A stretch of DNA of 64,000 bases from Balanoglossus misakiensis (lineage: Eukaryota > Animalia > Hemichordata). The notes below the pieces were generated by a model. That model saw nothing but the letters and a program-made list of their open reading frames with translations. It had not been told where the DNA came from and made no database searches. Shown here one piece after another: positions 1-12,136 of this stretch. Where the stretch lies: contig CM082588.2 in the NCBI GenBank assembly GCA_040954595.2, positions 3,184,513-3,248,512 of the forward strand. Direction: 5' to 3'. Position numbers and translations under genes: made by a program. The first letter of the stretch is position 1. Each line of letters opens with the position of its first letter.

Positions 1-14
1 GTCCGCTGTCTCAC

Positions 15-1063
15 CTGTGCTACCTTCCATTCCCGAGTAGCCCAATCGTCGCTGTTTTTTAAACCTACAAATAGTAAGAAAACAAAAACAGCGCCGAAAA
101 CTATAAAAAAAATTCTGGGGCAAGACACTTGTCGGAAATCATGCTAAACATCGTTGGAATATTGGCTTTTTATTAGAATATTAGAAATCGCACTGGTATG
201 GTGCACCGTGTTTAAGTAATGACAAGCTTGAAATCATCTAATCTTACCGAGTTTTCTGACAATGCGGGGCAGAGGGGCGGTGATGGCGCCGTTACGATAC
301 GTCTTCATTATAAGATTATCGAAATCGAAGCCCCCAACATGACGACTGAAATGCAACGAGGGAAAAAAGGGATCAAGTTCCCCGATGTCCCACTGATACG
401 CTCAAACATCTACAGTATGGAAAGTTTAGTGACCCAGTCTGAGAACAGCAAGCAAATAGATATAGCAAAAACACAACAGTCTAGCAGCCTGGATTACGTG
501 AACTTTGAACTGTAGCCTGATTTTGTGACTAGCACTGAATCTCGTGATATGCATCTAGTAATGATAGATTACATTTATCAGTGACAAATGCATAAGCACA
601 AATGCTTTGTCCCGTTGTTTTCTTACCAGAAGTGATATATGTAATTCTCCCTCCTCATCTCACCATCGGTGACAACGTCGATTCCCGCTTCAATCTGCTC
701 ATTAAGAACTTCTTTGGTCGCTGCTTTGGTTTCCTCCTCCAGTCCTATGTAAATAGACGTGTTTTGAGATTTGGCTGGTTCAGATACTTGCTGCACCACC
801 CTTTGTAGATTTGGGGTGTTAAAACATACAAGAACACTTTGCTCCATACAGGGTTTATAAGAATGACAGTTGAGCTGAGGCAACAGAGGGTCATGGCCGA
901 TCGTGTCACGATGCAGCTTACCTTGTTCGTCTTGGTCGTCGCGGAATGCGGAGAAAGCGGAGGGCGTGTATTTGTCACGGCGGTGGGATATGTTGAACCA
1001 GTCAGGGATCTTCAAATTGGCCGGTTTGGGGTAACTGCCCACTACGGTTGTCTGCAGGGGCAT
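15..1063 (-). CDS. metE: Cobalamin-independent methionine synthase catalytic-domain (core MetE-like) protein, copy A; 5' part only, continues beyond window start
   Basis: Hand-spliced exons 1063-922, 744-627, 345-248 and 64-15, all GT-AG and in frame. Product: MPLQTTVVGSYPKPANLKIPDWF...EQIEAGIDVVTDGEMRRENYIYHFCRHVGGFDF...LPRIVRKLGLKNSDDWATREWKVAQ. GSYPKP and 'Q.EAGIDVVTDGE.RRE.Y' are hallmarks of the start of the MetE catalytic barrel. Exon structure matches copies B and C. Confidence 0.9.
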
Positions 1064-1688
1064 AGTGCTGGACAAAAAGAGACAATATTCGGAGTTCTTA
1101 CTGGACTGCGGGCTCCGCACAATCTTGTCCGCACGGTGACCAACGACCTGCACGTCAAATATTCCCTTTGTTGTGCGTGCGGTTCCATATCTTTTCGATA
1201 ATCTATAATTGATACGCAGTTTACTTGAAGACTTGTTGCTTTGATTTCTTGAAATTTATGCGGCCCTAGTCAGGAAGGGGTCAAAGTCCAAGAGACTTTT
1301 CTGTGATAGCATTCGCCACCTTATTCAGATGTGACACTGAAAACATGATGCGTTATGACTCACATAACAATGAGACAAATGTAAACGAGTTCAGAAGAGT
1401 TAATTTTTTTATTTTCCATCAAATATAACTCGCTTCTGACGGTGATGGCGGTGTTTATAGCGGGCAGTAGAGGAGGTAAAAACATTATAAGCTTAAAATT
1501 GCAGATATTATTATCACAACACTCATTGTATCACTTATCCGAGCCGTTACTTAAAATACACGCACTGCAGGAAAATTCAGGAAGTCCGCGATACAATTCT
1601 GAACTAAACAACATGGATGAAAAACTCTGTTGACTCAAGTAAGTACATCTCGACAGTTGAGAGCGGCAACGTCAAATCAGCGCGGAGA

Positions 1689-4600
1689 TCAAGACAGGGA
1701 CTTGGCAGCAATGGCCATGTTCGTTATCTTCTGTTTCAGAATATTCCTCGGCAAGAACCCCAGACCGCAGTCGGGCGCCACCACCAGTCGCTCGGCGGGG
1801 ATGTGCTCCAGCGCCTCGGCCAGTCGCTTCTGTATCTCCTCCACCGTCTCCACTCGACTCTTCGCCACGTCGACGACACCCAGAACAACTTTGGACTTCT
1901 TGAAATGCTCCAGCAGAGTCAGATCGTTGTGTCTGTGAGCATCTTCGATGGAGACTGTGAAAATGCATACAAGAAAAAAGGTGTAAATACAATCGTGTAT
2001 CAAGGTGTAAACTCTTTCATCCCCAGTTCTATAGAGATCCAACATTGCCAAAAACACAATGGGTATGGACTGAACCATTGTAGTGAAAGGGTTGAAGACA
2101 TCGAGTCAAACGTAGATATACTTACCTTCATCAAAGCCGGCGTTGTCCAACCTCTCCGCTAATTGGAAATAGATCTTTCGGTCAGCCTTCCAGTAATCTT
2201 TTTGGTCCTATTACGAGAAAAGTGGAATTTACTTGAGATGTTTCTTCAGTCAGAGTTTGATTGCGAATCGTACTAATGGGACCCGGGAGAAATGTGAGGG
2301 TCGAAGAAGATAGTACAGTGCTCCAACTGAGTGACAGACATGCAGACATCTGAAGATTTCTCACCAGGTAATTTGGATATCCACAACAAACGTGAACCGA
2401 TTTCGTCACTTCCGGCCCAACTCCCTCGAAACATTTGCCTGCATGGTCTATACCGTAGTCCAAGGCCACGCCGGGGCTTCTCACCATCGCCGGCTCGTCC
2501 AGCTGTATATGCCGACAACCTGTGACAGTTGTGAAGACAAAATGGTGCTAACGACTCCGCGGTGGTGCTTGTATGCCAGATATACAATTCGTTCATGTTT
2601 GACATGCTTACTCTTGTTCGTTTGGGTTGCAAATCCTGGGAAAACATTGTATGGCAGTCTCGTCCCATATCATCCTTTGGAAACCGGGATATGACGAGGG
2701 CCTGTAATGTCTCGCTTCACCGAATGGATATGGGAGAGGACGGAATAGGAAGATGACATCGCCGTTGGTGGCGCCCTCATCAACCACAGTTGCCATGACA
2801 CCAAGCAAATCGGTCGAGGCATACAATACATTGTACTGAATCGACACTGTATTGAACCTACCAGCTTCGGCCAGTCCTTTGATCTGTTCATTGACTAGTT
2901 TGATGAGATCTTCACTCAGGTCTTTGTTGTCCGCGTAAAATTCATCTGTGGTGTAAAAACAATAGCAAAGAAACGATGGTCATTGTTGCAGCTCAGCTAC
3001 CTTTAGGTCTTAAGTTAAAGAAACATCTTTCCATAGACACAAGCCAATCGAAGTTGCAATCGGAGGAACTTCTAAGTAGACCCAGCCTTTCTAAATCCCT
3101 TTCAGAGATGACAGTTGGACTTACAAATCGAATAATTGGCTAGTCATCTTCAAATATGTTCAGACGTGGCAGTCGCGTACTCATGAAGTAGCAAGGCACA
3201 TGTCTGTATTATTTTCGTTATTTCCTACGCAGATAGACATGCTGTACATGTCGCTTGCGAATGCAGACAATATTCTAAGCCTCTCTACAGATGAAACACG
3301 AGTACTTACTGTGACTGGATCCCATGATGGCCATCGGTCCCGGAATCGTGTACTTCACTGGTGCGCTGGATATCTCCTTTGAAATCAAATTCAGAAATTG
3401 ACAGCATAGCACGTTCGGATACTTTATTCAACATGATGCCAAAGTCAAGCTCAAGTTAGGCCTACCTGTGTCTTCTGCCATTCGTCAGCAGCCCAGTAGT
3501 TGGGCGTATCGTCAATGTCATCAGTGCCGACTAAAATGATAACAAAACAGTGTCATGGATGTACTTGTCGACGAGCTGTACTTTAAATGTACTCATGGAT
3601 TGTTGAGTTTATGTAATTCATTCATAGCCAACACAGAAAATATGTCTACTTAGGATAGGATGACTTGAACAGGTTCGAATCGCCAAACATAAAGACGGAG
3701 TTCGTGTAGGTTCTGAAATCTTTGGCAAGATTTACGTCGGATAGTTTCTCAAAATAGACAATCATATCTTTGAACATGATGAGTCGGGACTCGAACGGCC
3801 CACACGAGACACTTTGGCGATTCAATAATTCTGAATATACCTTGATTTACATTTAAGGCGTTTAAAATGAAATCTTACCAATTTTGCCGACGATCCGAGG
3901 CAGAAGAGACGTGAGGGCGCCATTACGACTTGTTTTTACGATGAGGTTCGTAAAATCAAATCCTTCATATCGACGACTGCAACGGGAACAAAATGCAATA
4001 AAATTAGCAAGCTAATTATGTCAGTAGCAGATCTGGGGCAGCATATTTTAGTCTGACAAACTGGCCCAATTTGAACTTGTTCTGGCGGGCCCAAACTGCA
4101 TAGTACATCAAATCGAAAATATACAGGACAGCAACAGGAACATAGAGATAAGAGAGACAACACTGTCATTGACACTGTTGTAACCTGCAGGGTGTCCTTC
4201 TCACCAAAAGTGAAAAATGTAATTTTCTCTCCTCATCTCACCATCGGTTACAACATCGATTCCCGCTTCGATCTGCTCATTAAGAACTTCTTTGGTCGCT
4301 GCCGTGATTTGCTTCTCCAATTCTGTGAATGTGGATGCAGATAAAACCATGGACCATAGGCAGTCTACTGCCTATGCATAGACATTGTAATAGAGCCTAG
4401 AGGGGGGTGTCCATGATGGAAGACTTGGAGATTTCGCAACCAAACGGAAGAAGTTCGTTCAGCGATTCAACGCGGGCGTTATCAGAACATTCCAATTAAA
4501 GAAACAGCTAGTTTTTCACATGTCCGTAATCGTCAGAATTGCGCAAGCGCTACTGTTGATTGAATTCGTCAGCTGTTGATATGTGCAGTTTCCATTCTGT

Positions 4601-7104
4601 AAAAAAAACAGTGGCTTTGCCAAAGCTCAACTCCGGATGTGACGTAGCAGCTTCAATTTTCCTAGCGGGAGATCCTGTTCCAGACGAAGAGCGTGTGTTA
4701 AAAAAGAGAAATGTCGAAAGTGACGAAAGGGTCTCTCTGCAACACTTCTCTCCACACTCTCTGAAAAAAAGTTCCATCGCCCCAGATCTTGATGGTGAGT
4801 CGTCGATTCTGTTATGTTACATGTAACTTGCTGCTGGGCGCAGAGGGAAGTTGTTTGTGTTGTGATAAGCTGGCACCCACTCCGAGAAACCTCACGTTTA
4901 TAAGCATTTCACATTCACACGTTTATTCAACACACATTGTACATGCTACAAGTGAGAAGGTAAATGAGTTGCAAGTATTTTTCCTGTTTTGTATCGCAAA
5001 CGCTGTATATTGTGAAACAGATACATGTATTCTCGGCTGGGAGACGAACTGGTGTTCTTCTGTCCTCGATTTTACATTTCTTCGTTGTCTTTATGGGGGA
5101 GAAGAGGGAGAAACCACACGAACATTATCAGATCTAGAGCCGCCAACATCTGTGTTTGAAGGGATTGCTGGTGGAAGCTGTAGGCACCATTTCGCGCAAG
5201 CGCAATTCTGACGATTACTCAGCTTTGAGCGACTCGGGAGATTTTCCTTTTGTGGTTATTTGCTGCTGTACGCTAGACATCCCTTATGTTACAGGCGACC
5301 CCTTTTATACACATGTACTTAAAAATTCCACACCTTGCAGTAAATGAGAGCTTTCTGTTATTATGCACACAGTTTGAATCGTACGTGACTAATTTGAGAT
5401 TATAAGACATTCAGAAACGATCGTATAAATTCTATGAAAGTGCATTGACGTTTTTGCAAAAAAAAAGCCAATGCGTCCGAACTTTTAGTGACCCACCATT
5501 GTCTATAAAAGAAAGCTCCCTTAGGTAAGCCTCGTACACATTACTACTGTACTCGTATATCCACTATAGTATGTGCGTCGCTAGGCGACGGATGACCGCA
5601 CTGAACGGCCCCTGAATACATTTCAAAAATTACATATACCACGAAATACTACATCAATAATTGAAGGTAATGGATATGAGTGCTGCTCACGTTCACGCAA
5701 ATTCTGAAACCGTACCGTGTCACGAATTTAAACACCCCCCTTTCCCGTTCACATGTAAATAATTTCTAATACTGTGTGTTTGTAGTGTGTTTTCATCGTT
5801 GCCAAACGACATGATATATGCCAACAATCCCAGGGCCAGCGCTGAGAACTTGTCATAATAACATCAGCATATTGCAATTGTCTCGGAGCGAGGCTCTCCT
5901 CAAATTAGCATGATGGTCTGACCAGCACGTGAGTAACACGTGTGCTGGTGTTTACGGCGAGAAAATCATGATTTTAATCAGATTGGATTCTGACAAGAAT
6001 CAACCCAGACCAAGGCCATGATAATTGTACAAGTATAAGTTATCACTGAAGTATCATACGATGGACAGATAAAAACATGTCGCAAAACGAAAAAAAAAGA
6101 GAATTCTTTCTGCAAACCCCTCAAAATAATCCTTCGGTAAACCTGTAAGATTTCTTGGAAAACGAAAAAAAAAAATTCTGCCTGTTTCTAATAAGTGGTT
6201 TGTCTACTGCAAATGAAAAATGCCCCTGTTGACAGAGTAATAATTCAAAACTAAATTCGCCTGCCCACCCGAACGATCGCGCCTGGCCCAAACGAATGAA
6301 ACACGCGACAAACAATTCCAGTCCTGCATTGTGACACCGTTGAACCCAAGTAACAATGACCGAAGGTCGATCTGTTATTTTTTTTCTCTGTCGAGATGCG
6401 ACGAAACGAAAATGCGCTTGCTCTGAAAATTTCATTCCACACCATATTTTATCATGACGACGTTAATAGGGATTTTTTTTTGAAATTTAAAGCAGTATAA
6501 CCCTTCTGTGCTGTATGTATTTTTGTACGTTACTGTGTATTGTTGCAAGTACCATTACATTATAAGGGTTGATGGCCTGATGCGCGCGCATGCCCTTTGT
6601 TGATTATTTTGTGAATTTATTTTTGCGGTATTGTGAACAATTACAGAATGTAGTTTTTAGGGTTTTTTCCCGTTTTATGTGTAGTGAGCTGCCTAATATA
6701 GCTGCCAGATGGTTTGGCAGCATTCCATGTGGGCACTTACTGTCACAGAATTTTTTTTTTCTCAACATGGGTCGACGCTACAGGGACATGGGCGATTCGC
6801 AAACACGGCGAAATTCGACCGGTTCTCATTCCGCACACGACGTGCTCTGAATATTGTAAACAACACAATCACGTAAAACCCAATGCAAGCTTCTGAGAGC
6901 GAGGGGGCACTGTGGGTGATGTGTGATGTTGTTGTGCAAATGACTGTGTCAAGCTTGAGGCGGCTTACCTTCGGCTTCATGGCTGTCGTGAAATTTAGAG
7001 AACGTAGACGGACAGTATCTGTGATGCCGCATTTGGAACCAGTCCGGCATCTTCAAAACGGAGGGTTTCGGGTAACTGCCTACCACGGTCGTCTGTAACG
7101 GCAT
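1689..7104 (-). CDS. metE: Cobalamin-independent methionine synthase catalytic-domain (core MetE-like) protein, copy B; 9 exons, ~356 aa
   Basis: Exons 7104-6969, 4322-4205, 3976-3879, 3530-3466, 3376-3310, 2945-2862, 2519-2365, 2207-2126 and 1954-1689 total 1071 nt, open ATG to TGA. Motifs: TTVVGSYPKP, GIDVVTDGEMRRE, VKYTIPGPM, HIQLDEP, VHVCCGY (Zn His/Cys), SIED (Zn Glu), LGVVDV...VETVEEI, PDCGLG (Zn Cys). Confidence 0.93.
4526..5218. mobile_element. Putative non-autonomous inverted-repeat element in intron 1 of copy B
   Basis: GTAATCGTCAGAATTGCGC (4526-4544) and its exact reverse complement (5200-5218); extends to 25 bp with 2 mismatches. No TSD seen; no coding content between. Confidence 0.45.
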
Positions 7105-7367
7105 TTTGTGGCCCAGTCTTCCGTCGATCAGCAAGCGAATGTTGTATGTATACGCATTTATCGCCGGATCGATGCCAAAGTGACGTATAACTACGTCATC
7201 TGATTTGAATATTTAATGCTCAGTCCAATACAAGTCTGTTATACATTACTTGAAACAATAACTTGAAAATGTTAAACCGCTTCCCCTCAACAAGAACCAG
7301 ACGAAACCGGTATACCTATTCTTTACTATCAATCACGTGATCTGGCAATGTGTCACATGGCGCAGTC

Positions 7368-7561
7368 ATTTCCAGATGACGGGCAAGCAATATTTCGGCA
7401 TCCAGTAAAAGTTTTTCCGAGTATGTTTTTACTTTAGAACCGCCAAACACATAACATGTATCGGGTATGTTGCCTCATCAGCCTCATTGCATTTCGTCTG
7501 CACAGTCTTTGTCTGCACCACCGTAAGTCCACGTTGCTGAAGTTGCCCGTCATCTGGAAAT
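7368..7561. mobile_element. Small MITE-like element (~194 bp)
   Basis: Perfect 19-bp inverted repeat: ATTTCCAGATGACGGGCAA (7368-7386) and TTGCCCGTCATCTGGAAAT (7543-7561). TSD not evident. Confidence 0.55.
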
Positions 7562-7785
7562 TTGAATGCGAACGTAACTGCCACCTGAACGCGTCTGACG
7601 TCATTTGATAGCGAAGAATACTGGTATGGGTTTATAGGGAGTGTTCAGATTTTACCTCCGGGGGGTCTAGGGTTACTGCGTATAACTGTAAAAGTTACAT
7701 CCAATGTGATAATGATCACGTTTCAAACAGATGTAACACTCGATGGACCATGTCCTTTATCCAATCAACGAGTGTTTGTCGCGTT

Positions 7786-10700
7786 TTAGGGCAGAGACTT
7801 AGCGGCGGTGACCATATTCGTGATCTTCTGCTTCAGAATATCTGGCGGCAGGAACCCAAGACCGCAGTCGGGCGCAACCATCAGGCGCTCGGCTGGTATG
7901 TATTTCAACGCGTCGATCAGTCGGTTTCGGATACCTTCTACTGTTTCCACGCGAGTGTTGGCCACGGCGACGACTCCGATGATGACCTTGGACTTCTTGA
8001 AGTGTCCCAACAGAGCCAAGTCGTTGTGTTGGTGTGCGTCTTCGATGGATACTGCAGAAGTCGCACAAAACGGTGGGATGAATGCAAGAAAACTTTTTGA
8101 ATACATACAGATGCTTGAAAAATACCAATAGGCAAGTTCCGTCAACTTCAATATTGGGATCACGGCGGCTTGATCACACCCCTCTCCGGCATCATGCCGT
8201 GTCAGTTACTGCATATAAACACACCTATCACTCGAAGACATTGGCAGTGACCAAACTAAGAAGACAATTGCAACAGCGACGGAAATTAAAGATACCGTGG
8301 AAGATCTGTGGTCGATTTAGAATTTTGCTTTTCAACCGGTATTCTTAAAGACAAATTTTCATAGTCACCATACCAGAATAACCCAGGCAAATGAACAACC
8401 AGATCCTTACTTGCATCGAACCCAGCATTGTCTAGTTGGTCTGCCAGCTGGAAATAACTGGAACGATTGGCCTTCATGAAGTCTGCTTGGTCCTGTTATG
8501 GAGGGAAAAACAACACGTAACAATAGGGGAATTTGATGTGTTCATATTATTTAGGCACGTAATCCACATAAAGGCATTACATGAAGTCTATAATACGGCC
8601 TGATTTTGTTTCAGTAAAAGACGTGGCTATGAATTTGTCTTAAAAAGCAAGGCCAAAGAAACTAGGAAATGGACGCCAAAGAGACCAGAACAGTCTGCAA
8701 ATAAAGACTCTTGACAAAAATACTCACCAAATGTGTTGGATACCCACAACATAGATGAATTACTTTCATCACTTCGGGCCCTACCCCCTCGAAACACCTG
8801 GCTGCGTGGTCTATACCAAAGTCCAATGCTACGTCCGGGTTCCTCACCATTACTGGCTCGTCGAGCTGTATATGCCGGCAACCTGTGGTGTAAAGAAAGT
8901 ATTTACCGGATGAAGACATTTCAATTGTATTTTATCCAGATTTATATATTCAGAGTTAAACACTCAGTCATAACAAGGTTTATGGTCATACCGGCTTGTT
9001 GTCTTCATTGGTCGTCGCCGTTGGGGCGACAAACAGCGACTAACGAGTCATTATTTTATACTGTGTATAGAAACCGTGTTCAACCTGCCTGCATCAGCCA
9101 ATCCTTTTATTTGGTCGTTGATAACTTTGACGAGATCACCGCCTAGCTCTTTGTCGTCAGTGTAAAATTCATCTGTGAAGCAAAGATAGTACATGTATGA
9201 TAAACTACAAGTAGGAAAATATTTTACGGAACTTGAGCATACCAAACTACGACGAGAAATACTCAGTAATCAGTCTCGTGATAATTCCCGGCCTTCAACG
9301 TACGTGAAAAGATCTAAAATCCAGTCTTACTATGAGTAGATCCCATGATCGTCATTGGTCCTGGTACAGTGTATTTCACTGGCACGCTAGACATTTCCTT
9401 AAAAACAAAAATATCAATCAATGTTTAAAATTATATATTTACATGTGTCTCATTATACACATAATTACAATTATGTAAAATTCAGAAAAATTCGCAAACC
9501 TGTGTTTCTTTCCATTCAAGGGCTGCCCAGAGGTCACAGCTAGTGGATCCTGTATGTGTGTAAAAAGTTCAAACTTCACTGTAGTTATAACAGTACTTTT
9601 GAAAATTACAATAGGCTTGGCTGTATAGTCAGAGGCAGCGACACTAATAGTGTGAGCGATTAGTTTAATACCGTTAGTTACACGCAAGCCTGCGAAATCG
9701 CGATATCCATGAGAAAAGTTTTTTTTTCCGAGGCGCGTAGCCATGCACCTTTATTCAGAAAGATTTGTCTGTGGATATTGGCAATATCAGTACCCCCCCC
9801 CCCCTATAGGGACAATTGTAACGATGACATCATATTTAGTAGGTGAAATAGATATATCGTGTATCCGGCCTGAAAGGGTTAATACACTCCATTTCAGGAG
9901 TTTACTAGTGCTTACTTGCAATTTTGCCTACAATGCGAGGTAGACGAGCCTCTAGGGCGCCATTACGATATGCCTTTTGGATTAGATTAGTGAAATCAAA
10001 GCCATCAAGTCGACGACTGAAATAAAAAGTGCGAGAAAAAAAATTAACTGGATGTCCATTGCTGCGAGCCGCCCTGATTTTGAATAAGAAAACATGTCCA
10101 TTGGACCGTTGGATCGCCCAAAACACACAGAAAATTCCACCAGCATATAGAAATAATTCCAGATGGCAGCTAGTACTAAATCAATTCAAGGGTCCATACA
10201 ATTATAACACACTAAAATTAATATAACATAATTTTGACAAGTTTTTAACTAAATATTGTGCTCACCAAAAGTAGAAAATGTAATTTTCTCGTTTAATCTC
10301 GCCGTCCGTCACAACATCGATACCTAATTCAATTTGTTCATTAAGAACTTGACTTGTCGCCTCCTTGATTTCTTTCTCCAGTTCTGCAAAATAACTCACA
10401 AAATAAATTTCATTCCCAGGCCTGCTCTCTCTCATTTTCGACCCGTGTAGACACGTGATCATATAGATATTGAAAACGTTGGTCAAAGTGCTAGTTACCT
10501 TCGGTCGAAGTGACCTTGAAACAACTTTGCGATAACTCTGCCAGCTCAGACCAGAAAGAGGTCAGCAGATCAGATGGTCTCTACAGATATACCATGGGAA
10601 TGCATCCACGAGACAGAGCGTGCATTTATTGCACGATCGCACGTTCGACTACATACATGTAACCAGAAAGTCTTCACTTGGATGCAGTGAATTCTGTAAC

Positions 10701-10983
10701 TGGGTCAGATAGAGTGACACAGTCCGCCCACACCGTGTTAACGGATTGTGTTTTTTTTCGATACAGATCTAGAATCACAGCGCAGCGCAGCGCTATCTCA
10801 GGGTTGATCTCCCGGCATTCCTTCCGCGCTGAGTTCTGACTACCTACCTCCGCTGCCGTGGTCGTCGTGAAATTTCGAGTACAGCGACGGCGAGTAAATG
10901 TGCTGTGGTATTTTGAACCAGTCGGGGATGTTTAAATTTGCCGGCTTGGGGTAGCTCCCCACAACGGTCGTCGGTAGCGGCAT
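7786..10983 (-). CDS. metE: Cobalamin-independent methionine synthase catalytic-domain (core MetE-like) protein, copy C; 9 exons, ~352 aa
   Basis: Exons 10983-10848, 10383-10266, 10016-9916, 9549-9500, 9397-9331, 9172-9089, 8882-8728, 8492-8411 and 8051-7786 total 1059 nt, open ATG to TAA (intron 6 needs a GC donor). Same motifs: GSYPKP, TDGEIKRE, VKYTVPGPM, QLDEP, IHLCCGY, SIED, PDCGLG. Confidence 0.92.
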
Positions 10984-12136
10984 TGTCGAAGCTGTGGTCG
11001 CGGGGGCTTGGGCCTCAGGGTGGCCGGTCGCAGTAACTGGGATCGATCGCTATCACCGTGTCTCTGTCGATGACACGTCATCCGTTACGTAAACATACAC
11101 TCTGTACGGTAGCACCATTGCAAAAATTAGCATTAGAGTTGACACCAATACATGTACACAAAACGATTGACAACAAAGGCGGAGGGTATTACATACACGT
11201 AGGTTGTCGCAGGCATGGCTTTGTTGATTTCAACAAAAATATGTTCCACTTTCAGCGTTTTTAAAGCCTTTTTATCAATACAGATACTTTATTGAACTGC
11301 AGACAATACACAGAAAACTGACTGAACGATCTACTTGTATGTCTGCATTTCCTTAGCTTTGTGGCCCCACACATATCGGCGCCTAATCCAGAATGGCAGT
11401 TATCGAATTGCCAACTTCGATAAAAACGGCAAAAAGTTCATCTTCCCAAGCTCTGTTGTTTGATTCACGTGATCCCTATCTCCTCTTTGCAATTGGTTAC
11501 TAGTAGCTCTACCTCTTTGGCGAAATCAATGAGTTCGATGAATCATATTTCTCACGGTCAAAAAAATCATCGTGGTGACGATTTTGTACATGGCTGCGAG
11601 TTACTCATTGAAGGACGGTAGGATTCAAAACTCTTCCGCTTTCTTCGTGCGGATTTGAAGCAATCAGTGTAAATATATGTATAAATTGGAGACCGTTGCT
11701 TCAGATAGTAAATAGTTTAATGCAATTTGATGACTGGAGTGCCTTTCGTCCAATCTACTACTCAATCTCAACTGAAAATTCCACAGAAGTTGGTTTCAAG
11801 TATAATTATGCTGATGTGTGTTATTCAGAAAAATGATATAAATTCTTCAAATCTGACCAAATGTGAATTAGATTCTCAGTGGGTCTTCTGACATCAGAAC
11901 GGCAGAATCGCGTCAACAAATCAGGTGCACCACAAGTGTGTTTGAAAAAACATTTGGGAAGAAAGAATTTCCAGCGAACACGGTTAGTTTCCTGACACCA
12001 GATAGACTCGCATCAGTGATATATACATCAGGTATATCTAAGCAAGTTTATTCTAAAAGAGACTGGAAAGAAAGACATTCCACCAAAACACTTTTACAGT
12101 TATATCTTGGTGTTTTGGAAAACAACATCAATTGCG

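Noticed and set aside
1617-2162. Plus-strand ORFs over the metE-like exons (181 aa here; also 839-1201, 7750-8131, 8733-9146)
   Set aside because: Antisense shadows of real coding exons; no motifs.
3655-3805. tRNA/B-box-like strings (GGTTCGAATC at ~3672; GGGACTCGAAC at ~3787)
   Set aside because: No cloverleaf or correctly spaced A-box could be built.
15-10983. Bacterial contamination as the source of the metE-like genes
   Set aside because: The complete copies have eight spliceosomal introns at shared positions and are contiguous with GPCR and MFSD4 genes.
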